Source of the DNA: Acidobacteriota bacterium
Lineage (GTDB): Bacteria; Acidobacteriota; Vicinamibacteria; Vicinamibacterales; UBA2999
Assembly: GCA_030650395.1 (NCBI GenBank)
Contig: JAUSDY010000128.1
Location: 13 to 64,012, forward strand
DNA: 64,000 nucleotides
Reading direction: 5' to 3'
This document shows, piece after piece, positions 59,987 through 64,000 of this stretch. The position numbers and the translations under genes were made by a program. The first letter of the stretch is position 1, and each line of letters starts with the position of its first letter. A model generated the notes under the pieces. It ran no database searches. It was given only the letters and a program-made list of their open reading frames with translations, and was not told where the DNA came from.

Positions 59987-62779
59987 ATGAACCCGTGGGA
60001 CCAGTTTACCGGGGCCAATGCGGGGTATGTCTACGAGTTGTTCGAGCGCTACCAGCGCGATCCCTCATCAGTCGACGAGGCGACGCGCCGGGCGTTTGCT
60101 ACCTGGACTCCCGCCGGACCCTCGGCATCCCTTACCGACCTGCAGGCGGGCATTGCCGCCTTCAACCTCGCGGAATCCATTCGACGCTTCGGCCATCTCG
60201 CGGCGCATACCGATCCGCTCGGCTTCCACGATCCGATAGGGGACCCGTCGCTGGCGGCCGAGTCGCACGGACTCACCAGCGCGACGCTCGAGCGCCTGCC
60301 GGCGTCGATCGTTTCGGGCCCCGCTGCGATCGGCGCAACCAACGCGGCCGACGCCATCGCGCGCCTCAAGGCGATCTACTGTTCGACGACGGGGCACGAT
60401 TACAACCACGTGTTCGTCCCCGACGAGCGGGTCTGGCTGCGCCAAGCCGTCGAGTCGGGGCAGTTCCGGCCGCCGACGGATCCGATCAACGGCGTCGACC
60501 TGCTCGATCGCATCACGCAGGTCGAAACGTTCGAGCGATTCCTGCAGCGCACCTTCCCGGGCAAGACGCGCTTCTCGATCGAAGGCCTCGACATGATGCT
60601 GCCGATCCTCGACGAGATCATCCACGACGCCGCCGAAAGCGGCGTGCAGCACGTGATGATCGCGATGGCGCACCGCGGCCGGTTGAATGTGCTCGCGCAC
60701 ATCCTGCAGAAGCCGTACAACCAGATCCTCGCCGAGTTCAAGGACCCGGTTTTCTCGAAACAGCTGCGCATCGACCTCGGCTGGATGGGCGACGTCAAGT
60801 ACCACGCCGGTGCGCACATCGAAGCGCGGCCCGATGGATTGCCGAAGTCGGTCGTCATCTCGATGCCCCCGAACCCGAGCCACCTCGAAGCCGTCGATCC
60901 CGTGTTGAACGGCAGGGCGCGGGCGACCGCCACGTCGGTCGATAAGCCAGGCCCGCCGCTGGTCGACAAGGGCAAGGTCCTCGCCATCCTGATCCACGGT
61001 GATGCTGCGTTCGCGGCCCAGGGTGTGGTCGCCGAAACGCTCAACCTGTCGCGTCTCGACGGCTACGACGTCGGCGGCATCGTCCACCTCATCGCGAACA
61101 ATCAACTCGGGTTCACGAGCGATCCCGACGAGCTGTTCAGCACGAGTTACGCCAGCGGGCTGGCGCGCGGCTTCAAGATCCCCATCACGCATGTGAATGC
61201 CGATGACGCGGAGGCGTGCATCGAGGCGGCGCGCCTGGCGATCGCCTATCGCCAGCGCTTCAAGCTCGATTCCCTGATCGATCTCGTCGGCTACCGGCGC
61301 TACGGCCACAACGAGGGGGACGAACCGGCGTTCACCCAACCGCAGGTCTATCAGATCGTCGCCGCCCATCCGACCGTCCGCGACAAGTACGCGAAGAGCC
61401 TGATCGACAGCGGCCAGCTCACCCAGGAACGCGCCGACGCGATGGTCCGGGAGCGCATGGCCGCGCTGGAGCAGGCCTATGCCTCGGTGAAGCCGGAAGA
61501 AGACTATGTGCCGCCGGTACCGGAGGTTCCGCCGAGCGGTGCGGCAAAGAAGGCGATCACCGCCGTGCCGTTGGCCACTCTGCAGGCCCTCAACGCGGAT
61601 CTGTTGAAGGTGCCCGAGGGATTCTCCGTGCACCGCAAGCTCGAACGCGCCCGCGAACGCCGCAAGGCGATGTTTGCGGCGTCAGCCGAGCGCACGATCG
61701 ACTGGGCGGCAGCCGAAGAGCTCGCGTTGGCGTCTGTGCTCGCCGATGGCGTCGGCATTCGATTTACCGGCGAAGACGTCGAGCGGGGCACCTTCAGCCA
61801 ACGCCACGCCGTGCTCCACGACTCGGTCACCGGTGAAAAACATATCCCGCTTCAGCAGTTGAGCCAGGCCACAGCGGCATTCGAGATCCGCAACAGCCCG
61901 CTGTCCGAGTACGCGTGCGTCGGGTTCGAGCTGGGCTACAACCTGCAGGAGCCGGGCCGGCTCGTGCTCTGGGAAGCCCAGTACGGCGACTTCATCAACG
62001 GCGCGCAGATCATCGTCGACGAGTACTTGACCTCGGGCCGCGCCAAGTGGGGCCTGGCGCCGTCGCTGGTCCTGCTGCTGCCGCACGGCTACGAGGGCCA
62101 GGGGCCCGACCACTCGAGCGCGCGGCTCGAGCGCTTTCTGAATGCCGCCGCCGACACCAACATGCGCATCGTCAACTGCACGACGGCGGCGCAATATTTT
62201 CACGTGCTGCGCCGTCAGGCGTTGGTGTTGAACACCGATCCGCTGCCGCTCGTCGTGATGACGCCGAAGAGCCTGCTGCGCCACCCCCTGACCGCGTCCG
62301 CCCCCGCCGAGCTCGCGGAGGGCAAGTTCCACCTGGTGATCGACGATCCGGAGGCCTCGGCTCAGCCCGCAAAGGTGCGACGGCTGGTACTCTGCAGCGG
62401 CAAGGTCGCGGTGGATCTGTTGACGAGCGAGCAGCGGAAGGGCAATGCCAACGTCGCGATCGTCCGGGTCGAGCAGCTCTACCCTTTCCCTGACGATGCG
62501 ATTCGACAAGTCGTTGACCGCTACTCGAAGCTGCGCGAGATCTGCTGGGTGCAAGAGGAGCCGGAAAACATGGGCGCGTGGGAATTCGTGCGCCCGCTGC
62601 TCGAAACGATCGTCGATGGGCGGTGGCCGCTCCGCTACATCGGCCGCGTCCGCAACTCGAGCCCTTCGGAGGGCTCGTCGAGCTGGCATGCGGCGAACCA
62701 GCGGGCCATCGTCGCGCAGGCCTTCGAAGCCAGGGTCGAGACGAAAGAACTCGATCGAGTGTTGTCCAAGCAAGTGTAG
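59987..62779 (+). CDS. sucA: 2-oxoglutarate dehydrogenase E1 component
   Basis: 930 aa. RFGHLAAHTDPL, GKTRFSIEG, HRGRLNVL, GDAAFAAQGVV and RYGHNEGDEP are all present. Confidence 0.95.
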   Translation: MNPWDQFTGANAGYVYELFERYQRDPSSVDEATRRAFATWTPAGPSASLTDLQAGIAAFNLAESIRRFGHLAAHTDPLGFHDPIGDPSLAAESHGLTSATLERLPASIVSGPAAIGATNAADAIARLKAIYCSTTGHDYNHVFVPDERVWLRQAVESGQFRPPTDPINGVDLLDRITQVETFERFLQRTFPGKTRFSIEGLDMMLPILDEIIHDAAESGVQHVMIAMAHRGRLNVLAHILQKPYNQILAEFKDPVFSKQLRIDLGWMGDVKYHAGAHIEARPDGLPKSVVISMPPNPSHLEAVDPVLNGRARATATSVDKPGPPLVDKGKVLAILIHGDAAFAAQGVVAETLNLSRLDGYDVGGIVHLIANNQLGFTSDPDELFSTSYASGLARGFKIPITHVNADDAEACIEAARLAIAYRQRFKLDSLIDLVGYRRYGHNEGDEPAFTQPQVYQIVAAHPTVRDKYAKSLIDSGQLTQERADAMVRERMAALEQAYASVKPEEDYVPPVPEVPPSGAAKKAITAVPLATLQALNADLLKVPEGFSVHRKLERARERRKAMFAASAERTIDWAAAEELALASVLADGVGIRFTGEDVERGTFSQRHAVLHDSVTGEKHIPLQQLSQATAAFEIRNSPLSEYACVGFELGYNLQEPGRLVLWEAQYGDFINGAQIIVDEYLTSGRAKWGLAPSLVLLLPHGYEGQGPDHSSARLERFLNAAADTNMRIVNCTTAAQYFHVLRRQALVLNTDPLPLVVMTPKSLLRHPLTASAPAELAEGKFHLVIDDPEASAQPAKVRRLVLCSGKVAVDLLTSEQRKGNANVAIVRVEQLYPFPDDAIRQVVDRYSKLREICWVQEEPENMGAWEFVRPLLETIVDGRWPLRYIGRVRNSSPSEGSSSWHAANQRAIVAQAFEARVETKELDRVLSKQV

Positions 62780-62785
62780 GAATTT

Positions 62786-64000
62786 ATGTCCACCAACATC
62801 GTGGTTCCGGAGCTCGGCGAGTCGGTGGTCGAGGCGCGCGTCGCCAAGTGGCTGAAGAAGCCGGGCGATGCGGTATCGGCCGGCGATGCGCTGGTCGAGC
62901 TCGAAACCGAGAAGATCGATCTCGAAGTGAGCGCCGATCGCGCCGGTGTGCTTCGAGACATCAAGCACAAGGAAGGCGAAGACGTTAAGGTCGGAGAGAT
63001 CCTCGCCATTCTCGAAGAACCCGCCTCGAATGGCTCGGACCGAACAGACAAGGTGCCTAAGGTGCCTACGGTGCCAGAGGTGCCAAAGGGGAATGTGCCA
63101 AAGGTGCCAGGTGCTTCTGCCACGGAGAGAAAAGCCACACCAACTGCGAGAAACGTGGCGAAAGCGCACGATGTCAAACTTGAATCGGTCGCGTCCAATG
63201 GGCCTCGAGTGACTAAGCAAGATGTCCTGAAGGCAAAGGCACCGGCACAGACACAGGCACCTTTGGCACCCACCCCGGCACCGTTGGCACCGTTGGCACT
63301 CGTGGCACCTAGAGAAGGCGCTCGGACCGAAACCCGCGAGCGCATGAGTAAACGCCGAGCGACCATCGCGCGGCGGTTGGTCGAGGCGCAGCACACCGCA
63401 GCGATGCTCACCACCTTCAACGAGGTGGACATGAGCGCCGTGATGGGCCTGCGCGAGCGCCGCAAGGAAGCCTTCACCAAGAAACACGGCGTCGGCGTTG
63501 GCATCGCGTCGTTCTTCGTCAAGGCGGCGATCGGCGCGCTCAAGGCGTTCCCGCAGCTCAACGCGGAGATCCAGGGCGACGAGATCGTCTACAAGCACTA
63601 CTACGACATCGGCATGGCGGTCGGGGCTGAAGGCGGGCTCGTGGTCCCCGTGCTGCGGGATGCCGACCAGATGACCTTTGCCGCAATCGAGCTGGCGATC
63701 CGCGATGTCGCCAGGCGCACCGGCGACGGCACGCTGACACTCGAAGATCTCAAGGGCGGCACGTTCACCATCACCAACGGCGGCGTGTTCGGATCGCTGA
63801 TGAGCACGCCCATCCTCAACCCGCCGCAGGTCGGCATCCTGGGGCTGCACAAGATCGCCGACCGCGCCGTCGCGATCACCGGACAGGTAGTGATCCGGCC
63901 GATGATGTACGTCGCCCTCAGCTACGACCACCGGCTGGTTGACGGCCGCGAAGCGGTGCAATTCCTCGTCAAGATCAAAGAGTTCATCGAAGACCCGGCC
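62786..64000 (+). CDS. sucB: 2-oxoglutarate dehydrogenase E2 (dihydrolipoyllysine-residue succinyltransferase); the 3' end runs off the window
   Basis: Not in the ORF track because it crosses the window edge. My translation from the ATG at 62786 reads [48 protein letters not shown]...[13 protein letters not shown]...TTFNEVDM...[13 protein letters not shown]. It is open to position 64000. Confidence 0.9.
   Translation, partial: MSTNIVVPELGESVVEARVAKWLKKPGDAVSAGDALVELETEKIDLEVSADRAGVLRDIKHKEGEDVKVGEILAILEEPASNGSDRTDKVPKVPTVPEVPKGNVPKVPGASATERKATPTARNVAKAHDVKLESVASNGPRVTKQDVLKAKAPAQTQAPLAPTPAPLAPLALVAPREGARTETRERMSKRRATIARRLVEAQHTAAMLTTFNEVDMSAVMGLRERRKEAFTKKHGVGVGIASFFVKAAIGALKAFPQLNAEIQGDEIVYKHYYDIGMAVGAEGGLVVPVLRDADQMTFAAIELAIRDVARRTGDGTLTLEDLKGGTFTITNGGVFGSLMSTPILNPPQVGILGLHKIADRAVAITGQVVIRPMMYVALSYDHRLVDGREAVQFLVKIKEFIEDPA
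63050..63114. repeat. 9-nt periodic RRGGTGCCW word array in sucB linker 1
   Basis: Sequence aaggtgcct aaggtgcct acggtgcca gaggtgcca ..., which encodes [21 protein letters not shown]. Confidence 0.9.
63256..63309. repeat. The same 9-mer word in inverted orientation (GGCACC...) in sucB linker 2
   Basis: Sequence ggcacctttggcacccaccccggcaccgttggcaccgttggcactcgtggcacc, which encodes [18 protein letters not shown]. Confidence 0.9.

Noticed and set aside
61682-63961. A 759-aa minus-strand ORF opposite sucA and sucB, and a 521-aa ORF at 60068-61633
   Set aside because: Both are antisense to unmistakable sucA and sucB coding sequence. They show shadow-ORF composition and no motifs.

Overview
A 64-kb chromosomal segment from a visibly GC-rich bacterium. 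G+C was not computed. The gene content (HpnCDE squalene genes, many secreted hydrolases, PepSY and carboxypeptidase-regulatory-like proteins) suggests a soil Acidobacteriota-like organism, but that is inference only. I support about 60 protein-coding genes. Most are housekeeping: thyX (edge-truncated), def, fbaB, thiI, hpnE-hpnD-hpnC, a PduO-type adenosyltransferase, mutY-like and mutT genes, ygfZ, lipB, an E2 acyltransferase, lpdA, an NtrC-type regulator, HU, queF, panE, an acyl-CoA synthetase, an Omp85 protein, sucA and sucB (edge-truncated). I found no rRNA, tRNA, CRISPR array, integrase or transposase.

Two things stand out. (1) At 44016-49733 a SNF2-family helicase (793 aa) is translationally coupled to a 1110-aa PglX/DrmMI/type-IIG-like N6-adenine DNA methyltransferase. 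I see no nuclease and no other BREX or DISARM core genes anywhere in the window. This is my best candidate for an undescribed defence or epigenetic module. (2) The window is heavily colonised by several families of short palindromic and tandem word repeats. Many are intergenic and terminator-like. Several near-identical copies, however, sit in frame inside unrelated housekeeping genes, in both orientations and in different reading frames. This resembles the behaviour of Rickettsia palindromic elements.

Other oddities: an in-frame TGA splits an M28 peptidase gene. A catalytically dead kinase-like ORF is bracketed by inverted 13-mer arrays. A GATC-dense AT-rich inverted repeat lies at 3024-3219. 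A 148-nt rod-like nested inverted repeat lies at 22222-22369. An acyltransferase fusion begins with an N-terminally truncated adenylation domain.

All coordinates of motifs and alternative starts were counted by hand from the sequence and the ORF track and may be off by a few nucleotides. No database search was possible.
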